64,000 nt of DNA from Psammoneis japonica (Eukaryota). Below the pieces are notes generated by a model. The model searched no databases and was not told the DNA's origin. It worked only from the letters and a program-made list of their open reading frames with translations. Position 1 is the stretch's first letter; every line of letters starts with the position of its first letter. Of this stretch, positions 26,381 to 38,541 are shown piece by piece. A program made the translations under genes and the position numbers. The stretch lies in the NCBI GenBank assembly GCA_008632985.1, contig QPGO01000060.1, forward strand, positions 248,001 to 312,000, given 5' to 3'.

Positions 26381-26963
26381 TTATTGGTACGCATCACTGT
26401 ATTCGTGTCGCTCCTCCCAGCAATGGTCGATGCTATTGAAATCGTCAAATCGGTTGACCAACTCGTCCACTTCCCCACTTGAATGATCCCTCAGGTGGAA
26501 GACGAGGAGGGTCCGATTCTGCTTTAGACCGTTTGCAATTGCCATTGCGCTTTGCCACGAAAGAGCGCACCTGGTTTCCACGGAGACTTTTTGCAAACCC
26601 TTGTTTTGGGATAGCAATCGTCCGAGGCATTTCATGACGCGGTCCGTCTCTTGCATGCCGGCGTAGGTAAGGGAGAGGGCACAATTCTTGAACTACCAAG
26701 TCGTCGCGGAGACCATTCAGAATTGCCATGACGCTTTCGCAAGAATGGCTGCTGTCGAGATGGATTCTTGCTCTATTTCCCTGAACATTTCTTACTGTGC
26801 ATCGTTGCGGATGAGCAGTGATGCTTGTTCTGGCACTTCCTACCTCGTTCATGTCGAATCGTTGGCTGGAAGGAAAGCTGTGTAAAGCTTCAGTTTTCGA
26901 TAAGCCCATGATTTTGCGTGAGTCTGTAGTGGGAGAGATAGGATCGGTTGTTGGTGGAATCAT
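26381..26963 (-). pseudogene. Small RNI-like leucine-rich-repeat gene with an apparent +1 frameshift near 26678
   Basis: Two overlapping ORFs with AILNGLRDDLVVQEL and AIANGLKQNRTLLVFHL; removing one C from gaattgtgccctctccctt joins them. Confidence 0.5.
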
Positions 26964-27200
26964 TGTTGGTTACGAAACAAAGACGTGTGAGAGCAATGGA
27001 GTGAGATGTCACTCAGTGTTTGATTTCTGAGTGTGATGTTCAGCTGCTCTCACCTGTCACCAAAAATTTCGAACGCGTCAGGTGCGCTGGTATTGAATTG
27101 TGTACAATCCTACGTTGAATCATGATTACGTCGTACACCCAAAAAATTTCGAAATCTTTCTTCGACTTCAAAGCTGCTTTGTTCTTCGTGTGGGGTGGCG

Positions 27201-27283
27201 GAGGTGCATAAATCGTCTGTTGTCGTTCGCACGCGCGCATTCGCACACTCAGCGCGGACGACAACAGACGATTTATGCACCTC
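27201..27283. mobile_element. 83-bp miniature inverted-repeat element
   Basis: 26-bp perfect inverted arms gaggtgcataaatcgtctgttgtcgt (27201-27226, 27258-27283) flanked by the direct repeat tggcg (27196-27200, 27284-27288). Confidence 0.75.
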
Positions 27284-27830
27284 TGGCGTGCGCGTGCGTG
27301 GCTGGGTGGCGGATGGTTGATGAAGCTTGAACGGAACAGTCTTCCGTGCTGTCAGACTGAATGTGCCTCCTGCCTCTGACACACAAACATCAACTAACGC
27401 ATTAGACCTTAGGAAAACGTTGGAGAAGGGTTGTCGCTGAGACTCCCCTGCTCTCCTCGGCTCTCTGACACAATTGATGAAATTGACAAAGACAACAAGC
27501 CAGACCTTGCACTGTGGTCACAGTCGTTGCAACAGCTTGCCCTTTGATTGCAACGAGGCCACTCTGACACCCTCTGGAAACAGATTGACAAAAAGACAGA
27601 AATGTTTGACATTCAAGCTCGTGTGGAAAATTGGGCTCAACCAAGAGAAAAAGGAAAATCGTGCGCACAATCACATTCACAGCATTGGCGATGCTGAGGA
27701 TCGTTTGTTTGACCTCGAGTCTTGACTCACTGCACTTGAGTTCATGCTTGTTTGGGCTTTGATTGTTGCTGCTGTGTGTCTCAAGTGGAGCTGACGGGCT
27801 CCAATCATCCCAGGTGGGACTTTTTGTGAC

Positions 27831-30800
27831 TGACAGGATTTGAACAGGATTTGGGTGTGCGCGAAATGTCGCGCGCTGTTTAGTTTGCCGTGCACAGTTT
27901 TGTGTGCTTTAGTTCCGCGCGTTTGCGCATGATGCAGTTTGCTTTCGAGCCACAAGGCTCACAAGAACAACAACAGTGGCCCGATTGTGCCGACTTGCAC
28001 GTCTTTCGGCTCCTGCAACGGTCTCTGAGCGGAGACTCATCTGCCATTCAGACAGCAGTGAGGAGTTGTTGTTTGAATTCTTGCCATTTGCCTTCAATTT
28101 CTGTCGGATTAACAGTCTTGCTCATTGTCAACCCATTGAGCAACCGCCATCATCGTTGTTGATTTGCCGACGATGCCGTTTCAATTCTGCGTGGACCTCC
28201 GCATGTGTTCCACATGCATCGGCAAGTCTGCACGCGTTCAACACCAGGCATCGGCAGGAATTTAACGTCACCGTCAAGTCTCCTTACCGCTGGACATCTG
28301 GATTGATCACACTGCCTTTGATCGCTGAAGACATGCATCAACGGTCATGTCCAAGTCTGTCCTTGATCCTCATCCCTTGATGTGCCCATTCAACGGTCAA
28401 CGGTCAAGAACCCCACACATTCAAGGATCTCCATCGCTGAAGACATGTGCACACACACATCTTCACGGCCAAGGACTTGAACCCACTCTTTGGACTGCGG
28501 CTTTGCTGCCACTCTACAAGCACGCCGAGTCTGTTGCACCTGATCTACCCCGGACTGCTGGTGCTCTGCAGTTCTGCCAGGTCCACGAGGACGACTGTGA
28601 GAGCAAGCAGCCATGATTGCAGCCTGCGTTGGGGCGAGGGTGTTTTCCCGCGTTTGTTCGTTCGTCCACAGCGCCTGACGCCTGCGTCAACTGGCCAGCC
28701 TGATCGGGAAATCCAACTGACACAAAACAAGAACGGTTCGGGGGTCTTGTCCACCTCCAGTCAGCTCACCTGCAGGGGTTTGCAACCCGCTGCTCCGCTC
28801 GCAAGCAACCCAAAGCGCCACCAGCTGCGGGTTCGGACGTGCCGGCACAACTCCACGGACCGGATGGGAAGTTTAGCACTTGACAACGAACGGGATGGCA
28901 CAGCCCGGCGACTTCTGATTTCAAGATGGTCCAAGATTTCAAGTCAAGTCTTTTTCAAGCCAAGTTCCAAGTCAAAACTCCGAGTCAAGATCACGCTCTA
29001 GATTGGTTCCTGTCTTTTGTTTCTACTGCACCGTCCTCCGTCATGGTTCTCACGCGACAGCAACAAACCGAAAGCTTCAAATGCATTCTAGGCACTGTGC
29101 TCAATCAAGACGATGACAGCCCTCTTTGTTCTGCCCTGTCCATCAACGGGATTGAATCGTGCGAGGAATTGTTCACGTTCTTGCCCACCCAAATTGATGC
29201 CCTCACTTACAGAGACGGCGCCAATGTAGTGCCTTTGCCACGGACCCACAGAAACCTCCTAGCAGCTTTGATCAGCTTCTACTTTGTCAAAGTTTGCAAC
29301 AGTGATGATGTGACCAATGAACCCCAGTTGCTCACACCCGAGGAATTTCGCAACTACCGCCTTGGTCCAGACTGCTTGACCTCTCTAGCCACTGGCGCAG
29401 CACCCTCCGCACCTGTGCCGAGTCCCTTGCCATCCAAACCAGATGAACCCAGTGCCATTTTGACACCAGCCTTGCACTGTGCCGCCACTCAGGTGTCCCC
29501 CAGAAGTGGTGTCAGTCGTGCCCCGCATGTCTTGACCAACCCGCCTGCAAGCAACCTCAGCCCAGTGCAGGATTGCAGCCCTTGCACAGGCCCGCACTTC
29601 AAGACCAGTTGGGACACTCCACCCATGGCTTCCAAAGCTGCAGTCTTTGCACCCCGCAAACCACGTGCTGCCAACCTCCACGTGTCGACTTCTGTCACTG
29701 TCACCCTTCACAGTCTTCGTTTGGGAAGTGATGGAGGTGACAACTTGCTTCTCGTGTCTCCTGATGGGGAGCCTCCTTTTCCCGTCATTGAATCTGTTCA
29801 CAACAGTTCAACCGGTTCATCAGATGGGGAGTTCAGGACATCCAAGCAGCTTCATTGTCTTCAGATCCTCCAAGCATCGCACAATGAGACCAGGCCTCCT
29901 GATTGGATGCCCCAAGTCTCGTACCTCGAGACTGGGCCTCCTGATTGGATGCCTCAAGTCTCGCACCTCGAGACCAGGCCTCCTGATTGGATGCCTCAAG
30001 TCTCGTACCTCGAGACTGGGCCTCCTGATTGGATGCCCCAAGTCTCGTACCTCGAGACCAGGCCTCCTGATTGGATGCCTCAAGTCTCGTACCTCGAGAC
30101 TGGGCCTCCTGATTGGATGTCCCAAGTCTCGCACCTCGAGACTGGGCCTCCTGATTGGATGCCCCAAGTGTCGTACATCGAGACTGGGCCCCCTGATCGG
30201 ATGCCCCAAGTCTCGTGCCTTGAGACCAGGCCTCCCAACTGGATGCTCCACATCTCATGCCTCAAGACTCGGCCTCCGGATTGGATCCCTCAAGTCTTGC
30301 GCCACGAGACTCGGCCTCCTGATTGGATCCCCCAAGTCTCGCACCTCAAGACTTGGCCTCCTGATTGGATCCCCGAAGACTTGTGTCACAACACTGGCAA
30401 GTCCTTTTGGATCCCAGAAGTCTTGCAGCACGGGACTGGTTGCCCCAATCAGACATCTGCAGCCTTGCACCACAAGATGTCTTGCTCCAATCCGATCCCC
30501 GAAGGCTTGCACCTTGAGACTCGTTTCTCCAATTGGATCAGTCTCTCAGGAGATGCAGTCGGATTGGTGGAACACAAGACCACCGCTTGTGCCTTTGAAC
30601 TGATGCTTGCTCTGTTCCCCGAGTCGTGCAAACGCCATGCCGCCTGCAATGTTGCCCCACCGTTCAACATTGTCAACAAGACCAAGCTTTGCTCCTTCCA
30701 TTGCAAGCGCGGATGTGGAATCCCACAAGATCCCAAGTGTGCCTTGAGCTTTGAAAAGCACAACGGCATCTGCAACTGGGGAGACGCAGCTCATCTCAAG

Positions 30801-31217
30801 ATGACCCACTTGGAGAATGCAACGTTGCTCTTGGATCTTGATCCTTTCTCGTCTCCTCATGTTTTGGTGCTTTGACTCCAAAGTTCTTTAGTCAATCCGA
30901 AGTCGAATCTGTTTCTGTGGCTCCTCAAGCAAACTGGGGAGTGACAGGATTTGAACAGGATTTAGGTGCGCGCGAAATGTCGCGCGCTGTTTAGTTCACC
31001 GTGCACAGTTTTGTGTGCTTTAGTTCCACGCGTTCGCGCACGATGTAGTTTGCTTTCGAGCCACAAGGCTCACAAGAACAACAACAGCAGCCCGATTGTA
31101 CCGACTTGCACGTCTTTCGGCTCCTGTGATGGTCTCTGAGCGGAGACTCATCTGCTGTTTAGACAGCAACAAGGAGTTGTTGTTTGAATTCTTGCCATTT
31201 GCCTTCAATTTCTGTCA
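27831..31217 (+). mobile_element. Non-autonomous (internally deleted) LTR retrotransposon, probably diatom Copia (CoDi-like); 276-bp LTRs, 5-bp TSD
   Basis: LTRs 27831-28106 and 30942-31217 (TGACAG...CTGTCA); TSD gtgac at 27826-27830 and 31218-31222; purine run ggggag before the 3' LTR; gag-like ORF 28926-30875; no RT, RNase H or integrase core. Confidence 0.9.
29886..30545 (+). repeat. 42-bp in-frame tandem array, ~16 units (ETRPPDWMPQVSYL), decaying toward the 3' end
   Basis: Unit gagaccaggcctcctgattggatgccccaagtctcgtacctc, seen directly. Confidence 0.95.
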
Positions 31218-33799
31218 GTGACATTGGGCGCGCAGAATTCTACTTGCGAGCTCCGCAGCAAAATTACAAAGCAATGAAAACATGAATGATCGCTGACAGA
31301 AATAGAGGCAATTTTACGAACGTATCTCCTCCTCCAAATTTGAAGCACGTCATTTGTGGTTTGCCCGGGTGTGTTCTTTAGACACCAAAGAACACACCCA
31401 GCGCATTTTCATTGTCACAAATGTGGAAAACAGAAAGCCTTTGGCTTCGCAAAAGAGGCAGTGTGGAACAATTTTTTACAATGGAACACGCAGAAATGTG
31501 CGTGCAAAACTTGCGACGGATGACAAAAAATGATTGTGTCACAGTCCAGCAGTGCGAGGTCCCACCCAGAGCTGGAGCGCGTCAGCTGCATTGTTTGTGT
31601 GCTCAAATTTGTGGTCAACTGGCTGATCTCCAAATGCCTCTAGAATCATGTGCAAAGCTGCAATGGAGACCGCTTGCATTGAGTGCAAGACCAAACTCAA
31701 ACACTCTGAGCTCTCGACAAGAGGTGAAGCTCACACAGGAGTTTGAAGGTGGTTCAAAGCTCTTGCGCATGTGTCCTGTTTTCACTGGTGAGTTCGGAAT
31801 TGAACCCTTGTTGCATGTGGAGGATCAGTTTTGCAAGTGTGCACACGTCAATTGCAGCACACTGATGAATCAGATTTGTTTGGCTGTTTCTTTGAAGATT
31901 GTTTGCATGGCAATGCCAAAGCAAAGTGGTTGAACATCACCTCTGCTGTTCCTCAGGCACAGTGCACTTTTGCACACTCCAATCAAACCAGGAGTTTGCA
32001 TCATTTGTGATGTGTGACAAGCCTTTCTGGGGGGCACTGACCACGGCAAGACTGCACAAGGTCATCAGCATGCACGCATGCATGTGTGCTTGTGGCTCAG
32101 AGCAGGCCTGTGCAGGTTTTCCACTGGGATTGACACCATGCATGCATGACAAAACAACATGTGAAACTTTTGCCATCACTCATTTGTGAGCCACAAAGAA
32201 TTGCCAAGCCAATGAGACATGTGTGATCCGCAAGCATCTCATTGACACAGCTGTGCCCAAATGGCTTGGCAACTGTTCCAGGTGGGCCCAAACTTGTTCA
32301 ACAGAACGTGTCATCATGGTTGTGTTGCAAGCAAAAAATTGGTGGTTGTCAATTTGCAATGACGTGTGGAACACAAAGCAAAATTAAAGGAGGTCTTTGA
32401 GGCAACCTTCCCACAGCCAGAGTGCAGAGTTTTGCTTGACTGGCTGAGCCATTGCAGTTGCTTGGATGCACATTTGTGCCAAAAGAAACTTGGTCTGAAC
32501 TGCCAATGTCAGATCCAGAAGCACCTGACTGGTGTCTTGCCTCAAGAGATGAGGGAGTCCTGTCCACAACGTTTGTGTGTTCGTGCCAAGAAAGTGTGGT
32601 CCAGATTGAGGAATGAGTCGCAGCAGGCAGAAGTTTGTTGATTGACATTTTTTAGAAAGAGGCAAGACTTTTGTCAATCAAACATTGTGCATTTGCCATC
32701 TGGCTAAAATCCAAAGGTGAGCCATCCAACTGTCGGGCTCACGTCTCATCCATTCCTGGGCACAACAGGAACAGAAATGAGTCATGACGTCTTGGCGGAG
32801 GGTTGTTTGAATTGGCCAAGCAATCAAGAAAACAGTGGTCCACGTGTGTCACTGGTTTTCTGTTGTTCATTTTCCCAATTTTGTTCTCAGCCACAGTGCA
32901 TGATCACCATGTCGGACGGTGTTGTTTTTCCACTGCAGTTTCCCAATCCTGCTGAGGATTGCACACTTGCACAGCTGACGGAGGTGAGGCAAGTGCTGCA
33001 GAATGACAAGTGGCACATCCGTCTCATGCAGAAGAATGCAATTTGCCATTTGAGCAACTTTGGAACAACACAAGATAAAATTGACTCTCTTTTGCCAACC
33101 AAGGGGAACTGCATCAATTGCCATCATGTTGGTCCAAACCAACAAATGTGCCGACACTGCATCGGCCTGGCCAATCGGCTGGAGCAACACATTTGGGGAG
33201 ACATTCCCAACACACAAGCTGTGATGACTTGCTGCTGCTGCTTCATCAATGCCCACCCATTCGAGAAAGCAGAAGGCTGGCACACTGAGCTGGACATCAA
33301 AGACTTGTCTTTTTCTGCACCATCAAAGCTGTGGGCCGTTCAACATCATTGATGTAAAAAAGGCTGACAGGAAGCTGCAGCAGTGTTTCAAATTGAAGCA
33401 CCAGAGAAGCAATGTGTGCCCAACTTGCAAACACACCCACTTCATCATGTGCCAGTTGATGTGTGGGAACTTTAAAATGGTGTGGCAGCATCTTGAGAAT
33501 CTCAACCAGCTGGATGTTCTTGAAAACTTGCCACCGATCATTCCCAAGGAATCCACAATTTCATTGCCAAGAGGGGTGGTGGCGGGCATTCCGATGTCAA
33601 TTCACACTGATTGGACAAAACATTGGCACACTGGTTTTGTCATTCCATGTGATGAGTTCGACACACGGAAATTTGTTGTGGTTGCATCAAAACTGCACAG
33701 CTCCATGTCCAACCAACAGCTCTTTAAATGTTGCTTGGGAACTGCCACCCATTGCACCTAAAACACACACCTGTCTGCTGCGTTTGTCTTGGTGGCCTC

Positions 33800-36500
33800 T
33801 CGCACCATCATCTCGCTTGTCCATTGAACAAATGTCTGGGCACACTCTGCTCTGGGACAAACTGCCATGACGGTGTGTTGTTTCCTTGCATTGGCTGACA
33901 ACATCCAAGGTGGCACTGGCTCTGTGCAGTGTTTTGTCTGGAAAGACAGGTGCTTGCCCTTTGCACAGGAGACAGGAGTGTTTCTCATGGAGGGCTTGCT
34001 GTTGCTTTGGAATTCTTGTCAGCAATGCGTGAACAGCCCAGCATCTCCGCAGGTGGACTGGCACACTGTTGCAATTTTGCTGGGTGTGTCTTGTTCCAGT
34101 CGTTGACCATGTCGAAGTCAACACCTGCCCAACCACACCAGGTGCCCTCCTTTGAGCGGCATTGTGGATGGGCACACACATGTTCCCCATCAGAGAGCTT
34201 CAGTTTGTTCCACATTTCAAATTGATTCTGGTTTGGCTCCAATTCTTGGATTGCTTCAAGGAAGGCATGACACGGTTTGCCTGATTCCTTGTTTGCTTCA
34301 TGTGTCTTCCCAAAACAATCCATCAACAGGACATTGTCAAATTGATCACACATTCAAACACAAAATGAGACATCTTTTGCATGGTGGTGGTTTCTGGCAT
34401 CACAGAGGAGTCATCCGTGCCATCATTCATGTCACCTGCAGTTGCCCTGTCCAGGGTGTCAGCACAACAATCAAAGAGCATGGACTCGCACACCCTTTCA
34501 CAAGTTTGGCATGCAAAGGTGTCCTCTCCTCACTGCTGGGCTGTCTTTGATGTTTTCTTGGCTTTGGTTTTCAACAGCCTCTCACCCGTTGACATGTGCA
34601 CTTGAATTGGCTCACCCACAAACAATTGATTGAACAGGGTGTGAAGCTGTGTGTGATTTTTCCCCTGTGTCATTGTCAATGGCAGAGTTGCCATGACAAA
34701 TTGTGGTGTCCATGTGTGCCACAAAGCTCTTTGCCCCAAATGCAAGGTCTTTGTCATCCATCTGCATTTCCTTGGAGAGCAGATGGGAACAGTGACAATG
34801 CACGTGATGACAGAGAACACATTCTGGGAAGGAAGCAAAGGTGAAAAAGTCAGAAAGAATGGATCCTGTGTGCCCATTGCCCTTGATCTGGGGCTTTTTG
34901 CAACAACGCTTCTCCAAACAATTGTGCATTGGGTGAGAAAACTGGTGCGGGTTGTCGCGGTTTTCCTCCATGACACTCACAGAAGAGGGACAAAGCAAAT
35001 CAACCTTCTTCTTCACAATGTTTTTTTCTCAACCTGCTGTTGACACACTTCTCAACATCAGTCTCAAACTCATGTGAGGTCTGGCAAGCAGTGCTGTGGC
35101 CAGCTTGTGCTGCCATTTCAGGAAATCCGTCATGCGTGTGTTGGCCTTAATTTCCTTGACAGACGCACCATGGAATCCAAAGGTGATTTGGTTTAGACAG
35201 GAAACCATCTTCACATTTGTCGGAGTGCAAGAGAGTCCATTTTCTTGGGTGGGGAGGAAGGTGTTGGATGTGTTGGTGGACAAACACATGCACAGTTGGT
35301 GAACCCTGCCAGCGCCACCTCCGTTGGTGGCTTTGCAACCACATGTGCAGTCCTGTGATTTCTGGTCTCCAAGAAAGATTGCCCCCTGCATGAAAATGAT
35401 GCACATCAGCTGACATTGCCCACCCAAATTAACCATCATCTTGGGTGGTTTCTTCTGCAGATCCTTCAAGTCTTCCAACAAAAAAGAAAGCATGTTGTGG
35501 CAGACCTGTGTGTTGCTGGACAAATCAGCATGTGGTGATGCATCGTCCCAAAGGGGGTTGCCATTTTCATCAGTGCCACCAGAAGAACCTCCTTTGTCTG
35601 TGCTGGGTGTGAAACCTGGGTGATGCCAAGCATGAGAGTGTTTGTGAGCTTTCCTCTTCACAATGAGGATGCAAAACAGCCAGGGTTTGAGTGGATGTCA
35701 TTGACAGGCGCCAGTTCCTGTTTGGTCTGCATGCAAGCTGATTGGAAGAAGGAGGTCCTTCTCTGGATCAAAATCATCGGGGAGATTGTCATGTGTGTTG
35801 GAGTGCCATTTGTTGCAAATGATTTCACCAAGGTCGGAGTCATGGGGACAAACTTGCAGAAATGTTCTTGGAACAATTGGTTGACATTGAGATTGTGGTG
35901 ATCTTCAAAAAGAGAGTGGGCCAGCAAGTCTCTGAGCATGTTCAGCATTCAGAAACGAGTGACTTGGTGCCCAGAAATGACTCGTGTGTCTGGCTTGGGC
36001 ATGCAGACCTTGGTGCGCAGGTTTTTCACCAAATTTTGGCGACAAAGAGCCTTGGATGCGTCAAACTTCTTTTTCTTACAGAGCCGTTGGAGCAGGGTGA
36101 GCAGCAAATCACAAAAGTCTTGGGTTGCACCGGAGTTGTCACACAGTGTGATCAGCTCAAGAGAAGCTTCCTCAGCCAACACAAAGCTGCACCCGGACAG
36201 GGTGAAGGACTCTTGTTTGCCAGCAACAGATGGTTCTGCCAGAGAAGCATCCTCTTCATCGAATCCACCATCATGGGTGGGTTGGTGCCAGGGAACATCT
36301 CAAACAGACACAGATCCTCCTCGTCATTGTCGTCATTGGAAAGAGAGATCCATCGGCATCTGATGGGTCATCATCATTGTCATTGGACACTCCATTGTCA
36401 AACTCAAGATCAGATCCTGGTGATGACCCACTGGATGACAGGGAGGAAACAGAGAGAGAGAGGCAGTGAGGAAACTGGCATTGGAGTGGTCAACTGCATT
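33800..36500 (-). pseudogene. Degenerate Plavaka-like (CACTA-related) transposase, nested in Gypsy element 2
   Basis: FLGDQKSQDCTCG...GRVHQLCMC and EHVCAHPQCRSKEGTWCGWAGVDF, which back-convert to the RAHPxYRS..WYDWA pattern of this family; recognised from memory, not searched. Confidence 0.55.
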
Positions 36501-36899
36501 TGCGAATGATCCAGCGGAGTCAGAGATGGAGGAGAAGGAGGAGGAGGACAACACCGTGGACTTGTTGTCACATCATTGGCAAAGGAGCAATGCAGCAGCT
36601 TGGGACAACATGCCCAAATCACTGACCAGAGCATCAACCTGGCTGATTTGGCAGGGCTTGCGGTGGTGACGGTGGCGACAAGCCATGGGCAAAGTGTCAA
36701 ATTTCAGGGGGGGGTGTTGCAAAGATGGACACTGACAGGGAGAAAATCATTGGAATCAAACCAACAGATTGGTTTTCAAATCAGATCATTGAAAAAGCAT
36801 GGGCTTTGATTGAGAAAGCACATGCCCAGCAGTGGCACAGACACAAATGTCAGACATGTGGGAAACAGAATTGGAAAAACCGCACATTCAGTCATCCAG

Positions 36900-38541
36900 T
36901 CATGGGACATTGCATTGATTTTGAAACTTCCGTGAGCAAATCGCATGATTGAACATTGTGCAACACATGAAATGGCGCCAATCTAATTTTTGGAGCATGA
37001 GATTCACAAATGCAGGGAAGTCCAGTTTGCAACAACAAACCACCTTGCGGGGGAATGCACACATGACCAACCAGTGCCACACTCAGGGACGAGCAACAAC
37101 ACACACAACATCTGGAGACATCATTTCAACCATGGTGCAGAGGCAGATCAATCCAGCCAAATGGATGGACGACAAGGAGAAGGTGGCCAAAGACACAGTC
37201 AAGGTGAGAGAACACATCAAAGAAAAGGTGTTTCTCAGTGTCACACTTGTGTTTAATGTGGAACAGTTGGAGGAAACTGGAATGCTTTGCAGAGACTGCA
37301 CACAGAATTGCGGACTGACGCCAATGGATGGAATGCTTTTGGAGCTGCTGGAGGCAAACCAGAAGACACACCTGCATTTCCTGTGGATGAAAATGAAAGA
37401 AAAAAGAGTGCACCAGGATTGGCTGATGACAAAGTGGTCAAATGCATGTCAAGCACAGCAAGACAAGTTTCACAATGAGTGTTGTCATGGAGGATTGTCA
37501 CATTGTCATGGATGAGGGAACAGAATGCCAACACCGGCATGTTGTTGTTGCTCATGATGCAGCCCTTTGTGCATGCTGCAACAAGCACAGTTGCATCTTG
37601 CCATTGCCAGAATGACTCCAGGAGCAATTGTTGAATCCCACATTGCAAACAGTGTTCTGCAACCACTTGTTGAAACCCATCATGGAAGAATTTTGTTGGA
37701 AGAAGAGCCTGTCTGAAAACAAAAGGTTGGGCACGTTGTGTGCCAAGGCATTCACCCACATGCTCCTCAAGAACAATTGTGTGGCGTGGATCACAGAGCA
37801 CAAGAGCAACAATGAGGAGAACCGATTTATGATGGACTGCAATGTGGATGTCAACAACCAAGGAAACCCAACCAGAAGGGGAGACTTGTGTGAAACCATG
37901 ATGCCAGACATCGCCATTGCTGAGCAGAAAGATGCAAAGGAGATGGATCAAGCACATTCGCCATTTTGAAGAAAGACCCTGAAGAAGCCACAGAGCAAGG
38001 AATGGTCAACAAGTTGGTGAACAAGTTCAAGGAGGTGCGGGAGAAGTCCATCAATGGCCAGAATGAATGCATCAAGAAGGTGAGAGCAGAGAAAACAACA
38101 CAGGATCAGTTGTCCATTTTGACAGAGGTTGCAACAGAGCTGGAGGGCCACAAGAACCCACCAGACAGGGAATTTGGCGCCAAAAAGAGAAAATGCCTGA
38201 GATGCTTGAAGCACTTCATGGTGGGAGAGACCAAGAGAGGAGAGGAAGAAGGCACTTTGAGGAGACAACGCAAGATGCCCAGGAAGAGCAAAGGATGGTT
38301 GCCAAGGGCAAACAAGTTCTTTGCAAGAATGGTGAGGGAAATCAAGCAAGACATCCAGGACAAACAACTGGGCAAGTGGGAAGAGATGCACAGGATGATT
38401 GTGGCTGAGCACAACAGGAAAGGGGGGCAGGAGAATGATGAGTCGGAAGACGAAGACGACTGCATGGTGGACTGCATGGAGACACACAAACTGGAATTGA
38501 CACCTGTTGATCAGATGCAACATTCGCGCACTTTCAAATGA
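36900..38541 (+). pseudogene. Degenerate accessory ORF of the same DNA transposon, divergent from the transposase
   Basis: FCNHLLKPIM...KAFTHMLLKNNCVAW and KSKGWLPRANKFFARMVREIKQD motifs; acidic tail; short repeats (cattgggttgca) at ~38720-38780 near the probable element end. Confidence 0.45.

Noticed and set aside
29886..30545. CRISPR-like array
   Set aside because: Contiguous 42-bp units with no unique spacers, inside a eukaryotic LTR element; no cas genes
27810..31570. Possible small TIR element (caggtgggac ... gtcccaccca) hosting the Copia-like insertion
   Set aside because: Only ~10 bp of imperfect inverted match and no TSD found
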